Shown: positions 9,227-18,487 of the stretch, one piece after another | How positions within the stretch are numbered: the first letter of the stretch is position 1 | How the letters are laid out: every line of letters starts with the position of its first letter | Virus record (IMG/VR): IMGVR_UViG_3300045988_117647 | Coordinates: 1-21,959 of that record | Direction: 5' to 3' (one strand) | Length of the DNA stretch: 21,959 nt | Source of the DNA: a virus | Taxonomy: Duplodnaviria > Heunggongvirae > Uroviricota > Caudoviricetes | The notes under the pieces: model-generated | What the model was told of the DNA's origin: nothing | The model's input: only the letters and a program-made list of their open reading frames with translations | Databases searched by the model: none | Translations under genes and position numbers: made by a program

Positions 9227-9723
9227 TGCCGGTAATTAACACGCATCAGAATATCGCCGCCTTTCTCGACATGCTGGCCGTGTCCGAAGGGACGGCGAAT
9301 CATCCGCTGACGAAAAACTGTGGCTATGACGTGATAGTCACCGGACTGGACGGGAAGCCGGAAATCTTCACCGACTACAGTGACCACCCGTTCGCGCATG
9401 GCCGACCGGCGAAGGTGTTTAACCGTCGCGGTGAAAAATCCACGGCCTCCGGTCGCTATCAGCAGCTTTACCTGTTCTGGCCGCATTACCGCAAACAGCT
9501 TGCCCTGCCGGATTTCAGTCCGTTGTCACAGGACAGACTCGCCATTCAGTTGATCCGCGAACGCGGTGCGCTGGATGACATCCGGGCGGGACGCATTGAG
9601 CGCGCCATTTCACGCTGTCGCAATATCTGGGCGTCCCTGCCGGGTGCCGGTTACGGTCAGCGTGAGCATTCACTGGAAAAACTGGTCACCGTCTGGCGTA
9701 CCGCTGGCGGCGTACCGGCTTAA
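9226..9723 (+). CDS. K: Endolysin, lysozyme-like (P2 gpK-like), 165 aa
   Basis: Length and position match P2 K; start overlaps Y stop (TAATG). Confidence 0.85.
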   Translation: MPVINTHQNIAAFLDMLAVSEGTANHPLTKNCGYDVIVTGLDGKPEIFTDYSDHPFAHGRPAKVFNRRGEKSTASGRYQQLYLFWPHYRKQLALPDFSPLSQDRLAIQLIRERGALDDIRAGRIERAISRCRNIWASLPGAGYGQREHSLEKLVTVWRTAGGVPA

Positions 9724-9737
9724 ACGGAGTAAACACC

Positions 9738-10163
9738 ATGAAGAAATTATCCCTTTCACTGATGCTGAACGTGTCGCTGGCGCTGATGCTGGCACTGTCC
9801 CTGATTTACCCGCAGAGCGTGGCCGTCAGTTTTGTCGCCACCTGGGCGATTCTGGCGACGGTTATCTGTGTGGTTGCCGGTGGTGTCGGCGTGTATGCCA
9901 CTGAGTATGTGCTGGAACGCTACGGGCGGGAGCTGCCGCCGGAATCGCTGGCCGTGAAGATTGTCACGCCGCTGTTTTTGCAGCCGGTGCCGTGGCGCAG
10001 ACGGGCGGTGGCTCTGGTGGTGATGGTGGCGACGTTTATCTCGCTGGTTGCCGCCGGGTGGATTTTTACTGCACTGATTTATCTCGTGGCGTCGCTGTTT
10101 TTCCGGCTGATACGTAAAGCCTGTCGTCAGCGTCTTGAGGGGCGGGAACTATGTCAAAGCTGA
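9738..10163 (+). CDS. lysA: LysA-like membrane protein (lysis timing), 141 aa
   Basis: 141 aa, strongly hydrophobic with several predicted transmembrane segments; follows K as in P2. Confidence 0.75.
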   Translation: MKKLSLSLMLNVSLALMLALSLIYPQSVAVSFVATWAILATVICVVAGGVGVYATEYVLERYGRELPPESLAVKIVTPLFLQPVPWRRRAVALVVMVATFISLVAAGWIFTALIYLVASLFFRLIRKACRQRLEGRELCQS

Positions 10164-10576
10164 TGATTGTGATGGTTGTGCTGTTATCGCTGGCGGTAGC
10201 GGCGCTGTTTCTGGCGAAGCATGAAAACGCCAGCCTGCGCACCTCACTGGACAGGGCGAGCAACGTCGCCAACGGGCAGCAGACGACCATCACCATGCTG
10301 AAAAATCAGCTTCATGTTGCCCTCACCAGGGCAGACAAAAACGAGCTGGCGCAGGTGGCACTGCGTCAGGAACTGGAAAACGCCGCGAAGCGTGAAGCAC
10401 AGCGCGAGAAAGCCATCACGAGGTTACTGAATGAAAACGAAGATTTTCGCCGCTGGTATGGCGCTGACCTGCCTGATGCTGTGCGCCGGTTGCACCAGCG
10501 CCCCGCCTGCACCGACGCCAGTGATTGTCCACAACGCCTGCCCGAAAGTGAGCCTTTGCCCGATGCCGGGCAGTGA
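10151..10576 (+). CDS. lysB: LysB, Rz-like inner-membrane spanin, 141 aa
   Basis: N-terminal transmembrane segment (LMIVMVVLLSLAVAALFLA) followed by a charged helical region; overlaps lysA end; contains lysC in another frame. Confidence 0.75.
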   Translation: MSKLMIVMVVLLSLAVAALFLAKHENASLRTSLDRASNVANGQQTTITMLKNQLHVALTRADKNELAQVALRQELENAAKREAQREKAITRLLNENEDFRRWYGADLPDAVRRLHQRPACTDASDCPQRLPESEPLPDAGQ

Positions 10577-10721
10577 CCCGCAGACGAACGGCGATTTAAG
10601 TGCCGATATCCGGCAGCTTGAGAACGCGCTGGCACGCTGTGCCAGCCAGGTAAAAATGATTAAACACTGTCAGGACGAAAACGATGCTCAAACCCGACAG
10701 CCTGCGCAGGGCACTGACTGA
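10431..10721 (+). CDS. lysC: LysC, Rz1-like outer-membrane lipoprotein spanin, 96 aa
   Basis: Starts inside lysB in a different frame; signal peptide with lipobox LCAGC; Pro-rich mature part; GAGG RBS. Confidence 0.7.
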   Translation: MKTKIFAAGMALTCLMLCAGCTSAPPAPTPVIVHNACPKVSLCPMPGSDPQTNGDLSADIRQLENALARCASQVKMIKHCQDENDAQTRQPAQGTD

Positions 10722-11151
10722 TGCCGTCACGGTGCTGAAAACCAGCCCCGAGATGCTGCGGATATTCGTGGATAACGGGAGTATTGCCTCCACACTGGCG
10801 ACGTCGCTGTCATTCGAAAAGCGTTACACGCTCAATGTCATTGTGACCGATTTTACCGGTGATTTTGACCTGCTCATCGTGCCGGTGCTGGCGTGGCTGC
10901 GGGAAAATCAGCCCGACATCATGACCACCGACGAAGGCCAGAAAAAGGGCTTCACGTTTTATGCAGACATCAACAATGACAGCAGCTTTGATATCAGCAT
11001 CAGCCTGATGCTGACCGAGCGCACGCTGGTCAGTGAGGTTGACGGCGCACTGCATGTGAAGAATATCCCGGAACCTCCGCCGCCGGAGCCGGTCACCCGC
11101 CCGATGGAGCTTTATATCAATGGCGAACTGGTGAGCAAGTGGGATGAATGA
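10684..11151 (+). CDS. R: Tail completion protein (P2 gpR-like), 155 aa
   Basis: Length and synteny with P2 R. Confidence 0.8.
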   Translation: MLKPDSLRRALTDAVTVLKTSPEMLRIFVDNGSIASTLATSLSFEKRYTLNVIVTDFTGDFDLLIVPVLAWLRENQPDIMTTDEGQKKGFTFYADINNDSSFDISISLMLTERTLVSEVDGALHVKNIPEPPPPEPVTRPMELYINGELVSKWDE

Positions 11152-11596
11152 GTTTAAGCGTTTTGAAGACCGGCTGACCGGACTTATTGAGTCGCTGTCA
11201 CCGTCAGGGCGTCGGCGACTGAGTGCCGAACTGGCAAAACGTCTGCGACAGAGTCAGCAGCGTCGGGTGATGGCACAGAAAGCCCCGGACGGCACACCCT
11301 ACGCGCCACGCCAGCAGCAGAGCGCCAGAAAAAAGACTGGTCGTGTTAAGCGAAAAATGTTTGCGAAACTTATCACCAGTCGTTTTTTGCATATCCGCGC
11401 CAGCCCGGAACAGGCATCAATGGAATTTTACGGCGGGAAGTCACCGAAAATCGCCAGCGTGCATCAGTTCGGTCTGTCGGAAGAAAACCGGAAAGACGGT
11501 AAGAAAATTGATTATCCGGCGCGTCCTCTGCTCGGCTTTACCGGTGAGGATGTGCAGATGATTGAAGAGATTATTCTGGCTCACCTCGACCGTTAG
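11144..11596 (+). CDS. S: Tail completion protein (P2 gpS-like), 150 aa
   Basis: Length and synteny with P2 S; overlaps R end. Confidence 0.8.
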   Translation: MNEFKRFEDRLTGLIESLSPSGRRRLSAELAKRLRQSQQRRVMAQKAPDGTPYAPRQQQSARKKTGRVKRKMFAKLITSRFLHIRASPEQASMEFYGGKSPKIASVHQFGLSEENRKDGKKIDYPARPLLGFTGEDVQMIEEIILAHLDR

Positions 11597-11628
11597 TTGT
11601 GCCATTCCCGACACCTCATCGTCACATT

Positions 11629-11650
11629 GCCGCCGGTATGACCCGGCGGC
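11629..11650 (+). other. GC-rich hairpin (GCCGCCGG-n6-CCGGCGGC) in the S-V intergenic region, which by synteny also holds the late promoter for V
   Basis: 8-bp perfect stem read directly; followed by a partly T-rich stretch. Function as terminator or attenuator not established. Confidence 0.3.
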
Positions 11651-11662
11651 ATCCTTCCCGTT

Positions 11663-12298
11663 ATGAACACTCTCGCAAATATTCAGGAACTCGCGCGCGC
11701 ACTGCGCAACATGATCCGCACCGGCATTATCGTTGAAACCGACCTTAACGCCGGTCGCTGCCGTGTGCAGACTGGTGGCATGTGCACTGACTGGCTTAAG
11801 TGGCTGACCCATCGCGCCGGGCGTTCGCGCACATGGTGGGCACCTTCCGTGGGGGAACAGGTGCTGATTCTGGCCGTGGGCGGTGAACTCGACACGGCGT
11901 TCGTTCTGCCGGGGATTTATTCCGGCGATAACCCCGCGCCGTCTGCGTCGGCGGATGCCCTGCATATCCGTTTCCCTGACGGGGCGGTGATTGAATATGA
12001 ACCTGAAACCAGTGCACTCACGGTAAGCGGAATTAAAACGGCCAGCGTGATGGCTTCTGATTCTGTTACTGCCACGGTGCCGGTGGTCACGGTGAAAGCA
12101 TCAACCTGCGTCACCCTGGACACACCGGAAGTGGTCTGCACCAACAAACTGACTACCGGCACGCTGGAAGTGCAGAAGGGCGGGACGATGCGCGGCAACA
12201 TCGCGCATACCGGCGGTGAACTCTCATCAAACGGTAAGGTACTGCATACCCATAAACACCCCGGCGACAGCGGCGGCACAACAGGGGGACCTCTATGA
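11663..12298 (+). CDS. V: Baseplate spike/hub protein (P2 gpV-like), 211 aa
   Basis: Length and synteny with P2 V. Confidence 0.85.
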   Translation: MNTLANIQELARALRNMIRTGIIVETDLNAGRCRVQTGGMCTDWLKWLTHRAGRSRTWWAPSVGEQVLILAVGGELDTAFVLPGIYSGDNPAPSASADALHIRFPDGAVIEYEPETSALTVSGIKTASVMASDSVTATVPVVTVKASTCVTLDTPEVVCTNKLTTGTLEVQKGGTMRGNIAHTGGELSSNGKVLHTHKHPGDSGGTTGGPL

Positions 12299-12642
12299 CT
12301 GCGCGTTATCTCGGAATGAATCGCAGTGATGGCCTGACTGTCACTGACCTTGAGCATATCAGCCAGAGTATCGGCGATATCCTGCGCACGCCGGTCGGCT
12401 CACGGGTGATGCGTCGTGATTACGGCTCGTTGCTGGCGTCAATGATTGACCAGCCGCAGACCCCGGCGCTTGAGTTGCAGATTAAGGTCGCCTGTTACAT
12501 GGCTGTGCTGAAATGGGAACCCCGCGTCACCCTGTCATCCGTCACCACTGAGCGCAGTTTTGACGGGCGAATGACTGTCACTTTGACCGGCCAGCACAAC
12601 GACACCGGCCAGCCACTTTCGTTAACCATCCCTGTGAGTTGA
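12295..12642 (+). CDS. W: Baseplate wedge protein (P2 gpW-like), 115 aa
   Basis: Length and synteny; start overlaps V stop (ATGA). Confidence 0.85.
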   Translation: MTARYLGMNRSDGLTVTDLEHISQSIGDILRTPVGSRVMRRDYGSLLASMIDQPQTPALELQIKVACYMAVLKWEPRVTLSSVTTERSFDGRMTVTLTGQHNDTGQPLSLTIPVS

Positions 12643-12646
12643 AACC

Positions 12647-13555
12647 ATGCCGATTATCGACCTGAACCAGCTACCCGCACCGGATGTGGTCGAGGAGCTG
12701 GACTTTGAAACCATTCTTGCCGAACGCAAGGCGACACTGATTTCCCTTTACCCGGAAGACCAGCAGGAGGCGGTCGCCCGTACCCTGACGCTGGAATCTG
12801 AGCCTCTCGTCAAACTGCTGGAGGAAAATGCTTATCGTGAGCTTATCTGGCGTCAGCGTGTGAATGAGGCCGCACGGGCGGTAATGCTGGCCTGTGCCGC
12901 CGGTAATGACCTTGATGTGATTGGTGCCAATTACAACACCACGCGCCTGACTATCACTCCGGCAGATGATTCGACCCTCCCGCCGACACCGGCAGTGATG
13001 GAGTCTGACACCGATTATCGTCTGCGTATTCAGCAGGCTTTTGAGGGCTTAAGCGTCGCCGGGTCAGTGGGAGCTTATCAGTATCATGGTCGCAGTGCCG
13101 ACGGGCGTGTCGCCGATATTTCTGTCACCAGTCCGTCTCCTGCCTGCGTCACCATCTCTGTGCTGTCACGTGAAAATAACGGTGTTGCATCCGAAGACCT
13201 GCTGGCCGTGGTGCGTAACGCCCTTAATGGCGAGGACGTCAGGCCGGTGGCCGACCGCGTGACCGTGCAGTCTGCCGCCATCGTTGAATACCAGATAAAC
13301 GCCACGCTTTACCTTTACCCTGGCCCCGAAAGCGAACCCATCCGCGCTGCCGCCGTGAAAAAACTGGAAGCATACATCACGGCACAGCACCGGCTGGGGC
13401 GCGACATCCGTCTGTCTGCCATTTATGCCGCTTTGCATGTTGAAGGCGTGCAGCGTGTCGAACTGGCTGCACCACTGGCCGACATCGTGCTCAACAATAC
13501 GCAGGCGTCTTTCTGTACCGAATACAGCGTCGTGACCGGAGGCTCGGATGAGTGA
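12647..13555 (+). CDS. J: Baseplate protein (P2 gpJ-like), 302 aa
   Basis: Length and synteny with P2 J. Confidence 0.85.
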   Translation: MPIIDLNQLPAPDVVEELDFETILAERKATLISLYPEDQQEAVARTLTLESEPLVKLLEENAYRELIWRQRVNEAARAVMLACAAGNDLDVIGANYNTTRLTITPADDSTLPPTPAVMESDTDYRLRIQQAFEGLSVAGSVGAYQYHGRSADGRVADISVTSPSPACVTISVLSRENNGVASEDLLAVVRNALNGEDVRPVADRVTVQSAAIVEYQINATLYLYPGPESEPIRAAAVKKLEAYITAQHRLGRDIRLSAIYAALHVEGVQRVELAAPLADIVLNNTQASFCTEYSVVTGGSDE

Positions 13556-14078
13556 TTCGCGACTGCTGCCGACCGGCTCATCACCGCTTGAAGTTGCCGC
13601 CGCAAAAGCCTGTGCGGAAATTGAAAAAACGCCGGTCAGTATTCGTGAGCTGTGGAACCAGGATACCTGTCCGGCAAATCTGCTGCCGTGGCTGGCGTGG
13701 GCGTTTTCGGTCGACAGGTGGGATGAGAAGTGGCCGGAAGCGACAAAACGCGCCGTTATCCGCGATGCGTATTTCATCCACTGTCATAAAGGCACTATAG
13801 GTGCAATCCGGCGTGTGGTGGAGCCGCTCGGCTATCTCATCAACGTGACGGAGTGGTGGGAAAATAGTGACCCGCCCGGCACCTTCCGGCTTGATATTGG
13901 TGTACTGGAAAGTGGCATCACAGAGGCAATGTATCAGGAAATGGAACGGCTGATTGCTGATGCCAAACCTGCAAGCCGTCACCTTATTGGCCTGAACATT
14001 ACCCAGGACATTCCCGGCTACCTGTTCGCCGGTGGTGTGGCTTACGACGGCGATGTAATTACGGTTTACCCCGGATAA
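13548..14078 (+). CDS. I: Baseplate protein (P2 gpI-like), 176 aa
   Basis: Length and synteny with P2 I; overlaps J end. Confidence 0.85.
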   Translation: MSDSRLLPTGSSPLEVAAAKACAEIEKTPVSIRELWNQDTCPANLLPWLAWAFSVDRWDEKWPEATKRAVIRDAYFIHCHKGTIGAIRRVVEPLGYLINVTEWWENSDPPGTFRLDIGVLESGITEAMYQEMERLIADAKPASRHLIGLNITQDIPGYLFAGGVAYDGDVITVYPG

Positions 14079-14088
14079 GTGAGGAATA

Positions 14089-15954
14089 ATGAGCACAAAA
14101 TTCAGAACCGTTATCACCACTGCCGGTGCAGCAAAGCTGGCAGCGGCAACCGCACCGGGAGGGCGGAAGGTCAACATTACCACGATGGCCGTCGGGGATG
14201 GCGGTGGTAAATTGCCTGTCCCGGATGCCGGACAGACCGGACTTATCCATGAAGTCTGGCGACATGCGCTGAACAAAATCAGCCAGGACAAACGAAACAG
14301 TAATTATATTATCGCAGAGCTGGTTATTCCGCCGGAGGTGGGCGGTTTCTGGATGCGAGAGCTTGGCCTGTACGATGATGCGGGAACGTTAATTGCCGTG
14401 GCGAACATGGCCGAAAGTTATAAACCTGCCCTTGCCGAAGGCTCAGGGCGTTCGCAGACCTGCCGCATGGTCATCATCGTCAGCAGTGTGGCCTCAGTGG
14501 AGCTGACTATTGACACCACAACGGTGATGGCAACGCAGGATTACGTTGATGACAAAATTGCAGAACATGAACAGTCACGACGTCACCCTGACGCCTCGCT
14601 GACCGCAAAAGGTTTTACTCAGTTAAGCAGTGCGACCAACAGCACTTCTGAAACACTGGCTGCAACGCCGAAAGCGGTAAAGGCCGCCTATGACCTTGCT
14701 AACGGGAAATACACTGCACAGGACGCCACCACAGCGCGAAAAGGTCTTGTCCAGCTCAGTAGTGCCACCAACAGCACGTCTGAAACGCTCGCCGCAACAC
14801 CAAAAGCGGTAAAAGCAGCATATGACCTTGCTAACGGGAAATATACCGCACAGGACGCCACCACAGCGCGAAAAGGCCTTGTTCAGCTCAGTAGCGCCAC
14901 CAACAGTGATTCGGAAACGCTGGCAGCAACACCAAAAGCGGTGAAGTCTGCCTATGACAATGCTGAAAAACGTCTTCAGAAAGATCAGAACGGTGCGGAT
15001 ATTCCTGATAAAAGATTATTCCTGCGCAATATTGGTGCAACAAATTCAACAACCATGTCTTTTAGTGGTGGTACAGGATGGTTCAGGCTGGCAACTGTAA
15101 CCATGCCACAGGCCAGTTCCGTGGTTTACATAAGTCTGATTGGTGGTGCTGGATATAATGTTAACTCCCCTATGCAGGCTGGTATATCTGAACTTGTTCT
15201 TCGTGCGGGAAATGGAAATCCAAAAGGTCTTACTGGTGCGTTATGGCGACGGACATCGGTTGGATTTACTAATTTTGCATGGGTGAATACATCCGGTGAT
15301 ACCTATGATGTTTATGTTGAAATAGGTAATTACGCCACAGGTGTTAATATTCAGTGGGATTATACCAGTAACGCCAGCGTAACGATTCATACATCGCCAT
15401 CTTATACAGCGAATAAACCAACAGGTCTTACAGATGGAACTGTATATGTAATTTACAGTTCGCACATTAAACCGACTGCTGCTGATGTTGGGGCGTTGTC
15501 ATTATCTGGAGGTCAATTGAATGGTGCACTGGGCATCGGAACATCCAGTGTTCTTGGCGGTAACTCAATTGTTTTGGGTGATAATGACACGGGCTTTAAA
15601 CAAAATGGTGACGGTAATCTGGATGTTTATGCTAATAACGTTCATGTTATGCGCTTTGTCTCCGGTAGCATTCAAAGTAATAAAACCATAAATATTACGG
15701 GTCGTGTTAATCCCACAGATTACGGTAACTTTGATTCCCGCTATGTCCGGGATATCCGGCTTGGTGGTGCTGCCACATACAAACCTGCGAACAATGGCAT
15801 GACATGGACACATCAGGCACCGTCCGGGTGTGTATATTCCGGCATTATTATTCAGGATACCGGCTCAAACTCTGCCGATAACATTGGTGGCGTATATTAC
15901 AGACCGGTGCAGAAATACATTAACGGGACATGGTATAACGTGGCGCAGGTATAA
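14089..15954 (+). CDS. H: Tail fibre protein (P2 gpH-like but shorter, 621 aa), with internal tandem repeats and an AT-richer C-terminal part
   Basis: Position after I; GAGG RBS; 44-aa repeats containing SATNS..ETLAATPKAVK, which resemble the phage tail-fibre repeat motif; composition changes after about 15000. Confidence 0.85.
   Translation: MSTKFRTVITTAGAAKLAAATAPGGRKVNITTMAVGDGGGKLPVPDAGQTGLIHEVWRHALNKISQDKRNSNYIIAELVIPPEVGGFWMRELGLYDDAGTLIAVANMAESYKPALAEGSGRSQTCRMVIIVSSVASVELTIDTTTVMATQDYVDDKIAEHEQSRRHPDASLTAKGFTQLSSATNSTSETLAATPKAVKAAYDLANGKYTAQDATTARKGLVQLSSATNSTSETLAATPKAVKAAYDLANGKYTAQDATTARKGLVQLSSATNSDSETLAATPKAVKSAYDNAEKRLQKDQNGADIPDKRLFLRNIGATNSTTMSFSGGTGWFRLATVTMPQASSVVYISLIGGAGYNVNSPMQAGISELVLRAGNGNPKGLTGALWRRTSVGFTNFAWVNTSGDTYDVYVEIGNYATGVNIQWDYTSNASVTIHTSPSYTANKPTGLTDGTVYVIYSSHIKPTAADVGALSLSGGQLNGALGIGTSSVLGGNSIVLGDNDTGFKQNGDGNLDVYANNVHVMRFVSGSIQSNKTINITGRVNPTDYGNFDSRYVRDIRLGGAATYKPANNGMTWTHQAPSGCVYSGIIIQDTGSNSADNIGGVYYRPVQKYINGTWYNVAQV
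14611..14964 (+). repeat. Three tandem copies (two complete, third partial) of a 132-bp coding repeat inside H
   Basis: Copies start at 14611 and 14743 and are near-identical at DNA level; the third (from 14875) diverges after about 90 bp. Confidence 0.85.
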
Positions 15955-15957
15955 TTT

Positions 15958-16485
15958 ATGCAGCATTTAAAAAATATTACGGCGGGTAATCCAAAAACGG
16001 TTGAACAATATCAATTGACAAAGGGCTTTGATGTTGTCTGGTTTTTTACAGAAGATGGTAAGAACTGGTACGAAGAACAAAAGTATTTTGCTGATGACAC
16101 GATAAAAATAGCGTACGACAAAGATAATATCATCCGCTATGTGGAAAAGGATGTGACAGCTATCAGACCGGATGGATTAAGTGTGGTTGAAGTGGCGGAT
16201 ATTACTGCTAACCGACGTGCGGATATTTCAGGGGGCTGGATGTTTAAGGACGGCAAAGTGATTAAACGCATTTATACGGCAGAGGAATTACAGCAGCAGG
16301 CAGAAATTCGGAAAGCCAGACTTCTTGCAGATGCTGAATCCGTGATTTTGCCGCTGGAGCGCGCGGTCAGACTGAACATGGCAACAGAGGAGGAGCGCAC
16401 ACGGCTGGAGGCTTGGGAACGCTACAGCGTTCTGGTCAGTCGTGTGGATCCTGCAAATCCTGAATGGCCGGAAATGCCGCAATAA
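15958..16485 (+). CDS. G: Tail fibre assembly protein (P2 gpG-like), 175 aa
   Basis: Length and position immediately after H. Confidence 0.8.
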   Translation: MQHLKNITAGNPKTVEQYQLTKGFDVVWFFTEDGKNWYEEQKYFADDTIKIAYDKDNIIRYVEKDVTAIRPDGLSVVEVADITANRRADISGGWMFKDGKVIKRIYTAEELQQQAEIRKARLLADAESVILPLERAVRLNMATEEERTRLEAWERYSVLVSRVDPANPEWPEMPQ

Positions 16486-16520
16486 GTTGTATGAACTCTG
16501 GTGTGAGCTTACATATCTAT

Positions 16521-16560
16521 GGCACAGAGTAAAGCCTAATCTGACAGTCCGCTCTGTGCC
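16521..16560. repeat. Inverted repeat GGCACAGAG-n22-CTCTGTGCC at the boundary between G and AT-rich island 2
   Basis: Perfect 9-bp arms read directly; no T-run follows on either strand, so it is not called a terminator. Confidence 0.4.
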
Positions 16561-16738
16561 AAAAGCGGGCGTTGATCACATGGGCTATGCTAACCCATTA
16601 TAACAGTGTAACAGAGCTACCCACGATTACTCCCGGCCTCTAAAGTTTGCTACATAATAAAGAATCATTCCCTTTAATCTGATCTTAGCGGTATAGTATC
16701 TGGTGACCAGTAAGATAATCACCGACACTACAATCATG

Positions 16739-16766
16739 TTGATTTGCATTGTGTTTAGTCTAAAAT
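16739..16766 (+). promoter_or_regulatory. Candidate sigma70 promoter for the island-2 genes (-35 TTGATT 16739-16744, 16-nt spacer, -10 TAAAAT 16761-16766)
   Basis: Hexamers read directly, about 50 nt upstream of a strong RBS (AAGGAGG 16803-16809) and the ATG at 16816. Confidence 0.35.
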
Positions 16767-16815
16767 TGTGGTGCGAAAAGACCAATGAAAGTTATTGATA
16801 ATAAGGAGGAATCAA

Positions 16816-17598
16816 ATGTCAGGAATAAGATGGTTGGATAAAAAAGATTTAATTCTTAAAGGAATAAATGAAGGCACCTACCCAGAATCAGTTTACAAGT
16901 TCAGAACTATAGATAAAGCCAGTGATATTCTTCAAAAAAAGAATTTTACTTTTCATCAGCGGAAAATTTTAATGATCCATTTGATTGTATGCTGGATGAG
17001 GAAAAAGAATACTCTTTATCAGACTTTAATTGTTGGTTATATTTATATCAGAATGGATTAACCAAGAAGGCAAAGCAGAACTTAATAGATGTGTATAAAG
17101 AAAACAGCCAAGCATTTAATGATCTAGTTAAAAATATAAAAACAAAAGCCGTCAATGCCCATGGCATTTTATCGCTATCTAAAACTAATGAAAATATTCT
17201 TTTATGGTCTCATTATGCGGAGAACCATACCGGAGTTGCTATAAAACTCAATATTGCTAAGGATCCAGAGTTCTTTATAACCCCCCAAAACATAGTATAT
17301 GAAGCAATATATTCCATTAAATTATCTTAGAGACTCTAAAAAATCAATACTCGACACACTCTCTACGAAATCAATGGATTGGAATTATGAAGAGGAGATT
17401 AGAGTTTATAAAAGTAATATTGGAGCCTATAAGATTAAGCCAGAGGCAATAACTGATGTTTTTTTTGGTTTGAAAACGCTGGAACAGGATATTGCAAAAA
17501 TCAAAAATATATGTAGTGAAAATGGTCTAAGCCATGTGAAGTTTCATCGGGCTGAAAAAAAATATGGAGAATTTGCGCTACGTTTTAATCCTATTTGA
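16816..17598 (+). pseudogene. DUF2971-like gene interrupted by two compensating frameshifts (frame change within the A7 run at 16934-16940, then back between 17296 and 17330)
   Basis: Three ORF pieces (16795-17061, 16989-17330, 17299-17598) join into one DUF2971-like product: ...YKFRTIDKASDILQKK / EFYFSSAENFNDPFDC...LLWSHYAENHTGVAIK... / ...SMDWNYEEEIRVYKS. The first and third pieces share a frame. Family assignment is from recalled motifs. Confidence 0.6.
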
Positions 17599-17684
17599 CT
17601 TTTCTATTTAGTAGTTAAATGATAGTGCATTACGAGCCAATTAAATTTAATTCTATGGTTGTGTAGACAATAAAAGGTAACTAG

Positions 17685-18170
17685 ATGAATCAAGATGAGT
17701 TAAAAAATTTTTGTGTTGATGTGCGCGAAGCACTTGAGAAGATGACCAAAAAAGATCATTCACGGCTGTCATCTTTTGGAAATTCGAACTTTCCAGTGGG
17801 ATGCTGCGGAGATACATCGAAACTGCTTGCTTATTTACTTTATCAGCAATTCGGGATAGTCTCTGAAGTACTCGCAGGATGTTACTATGAATCTGATCAT
17901 AAGTCCCCCGCCAGCGGTCTTTCAAACGGTAATTCACATGCTTGGCTTGTCGTGGATGGAATGATTGTTGATTTGACTGCAGATCAGTTCAACGACCGGG
18001 GATATAACAATCTTCCCGTCATGATTACATCAGACACTAGGTTTCATGACCTCTTTGCCAATCGTAATGCCTTGTTTCAACCTTCTCAAGGTAATGAAAT
18101 TATTCTACCTGATATTCTAAAAATGACAGCATCACATGTGCAGCAAAGGCTTAAAGAGCGAGGTTGGTAA
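17685..18170 (+). CDS. Hypothetical 161-aa protein with Cys-His-Asp arrangement (C40/C41 in GCCGD, H85 in SHAWLVVDG, D96/D100 in IVDLTAD) suggestive of a transglutaminase-like or papain-like cysteine peptidase fold
   Basis: Clean ORF in AT-rich DNA with AAAGG RBS; the motif HAWLVVDG-IVDLTAD resembles the His-Asp segment of transglutaminase-like domains. Inference only. Confidence 0.65.
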   Translation: MNQDELKNFCVDVREALEKMTKKDHSRLSSFGNSNFPVGCCGDTSKLLAYLLYQQFGIVSEVLAGCYYESDHKSPASGLSNGNSHAWLVVDGMIVDLTADQFNDRGYNNLPVMITSDTRFHDLFANRNALFQPSQGNEIILPDILKMTASHVQQRLKERGW

Positions 18171-18487
18171 TACGGGTGCAGCAGAATCTAAAGCTGATAC
18201 TTAAAATTATATAGGAAGAGCATAAACTTATCCTAAATCTGGCTGTAATAGATCCTTTCATATATCGGCCAGATTAATATGAAGTAATCCAAATTAGTGT
18301 CTGAAAATATAATCAGCTCCATAACAATAGATTTATCGCTTAAAAATAACGTCAACATGAGGGTAGAAAACATCCCTAAAGATAAGTCTGGTCTAACCTT
18401 TGCTCCTCGCTCAAAGCAGACTGTCAGAATTGATAGCGTTTGGGCTATGTAAATTGTCAGTCGGAAAATGAGTGAGTACAAATCAGG

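Noticed and set aside
5755-13800. Overlapping ORFs on alternative frames or the opposite strand throughout O to I (for example 5755-6060-, 7533-8132-, 8424-8870-, 11441-11965-, 13166-13777-)
   Set aside because: Same reasoning: Arg/Pro/Ala-rich products nested within syntenic P2 structural genes.
13581-14291. 236-aa minus-strand ORF overlapping I and the H start
   Set aside because: Antisense to two well-supported genes; no independent evidence.
14611-14964. Tandem repeats considered as a possible CRISPR array
   Set aside because: The repeats are 132 bp, directly adjacent without spacers, and in frame within H; they encode tail-fibre repeat motifs.
17653-17937. 94-aa minus-strand ORF
   Set aside because: Overlaps the start region and 5' part of the better-supported 161-aa plus-strand gene.
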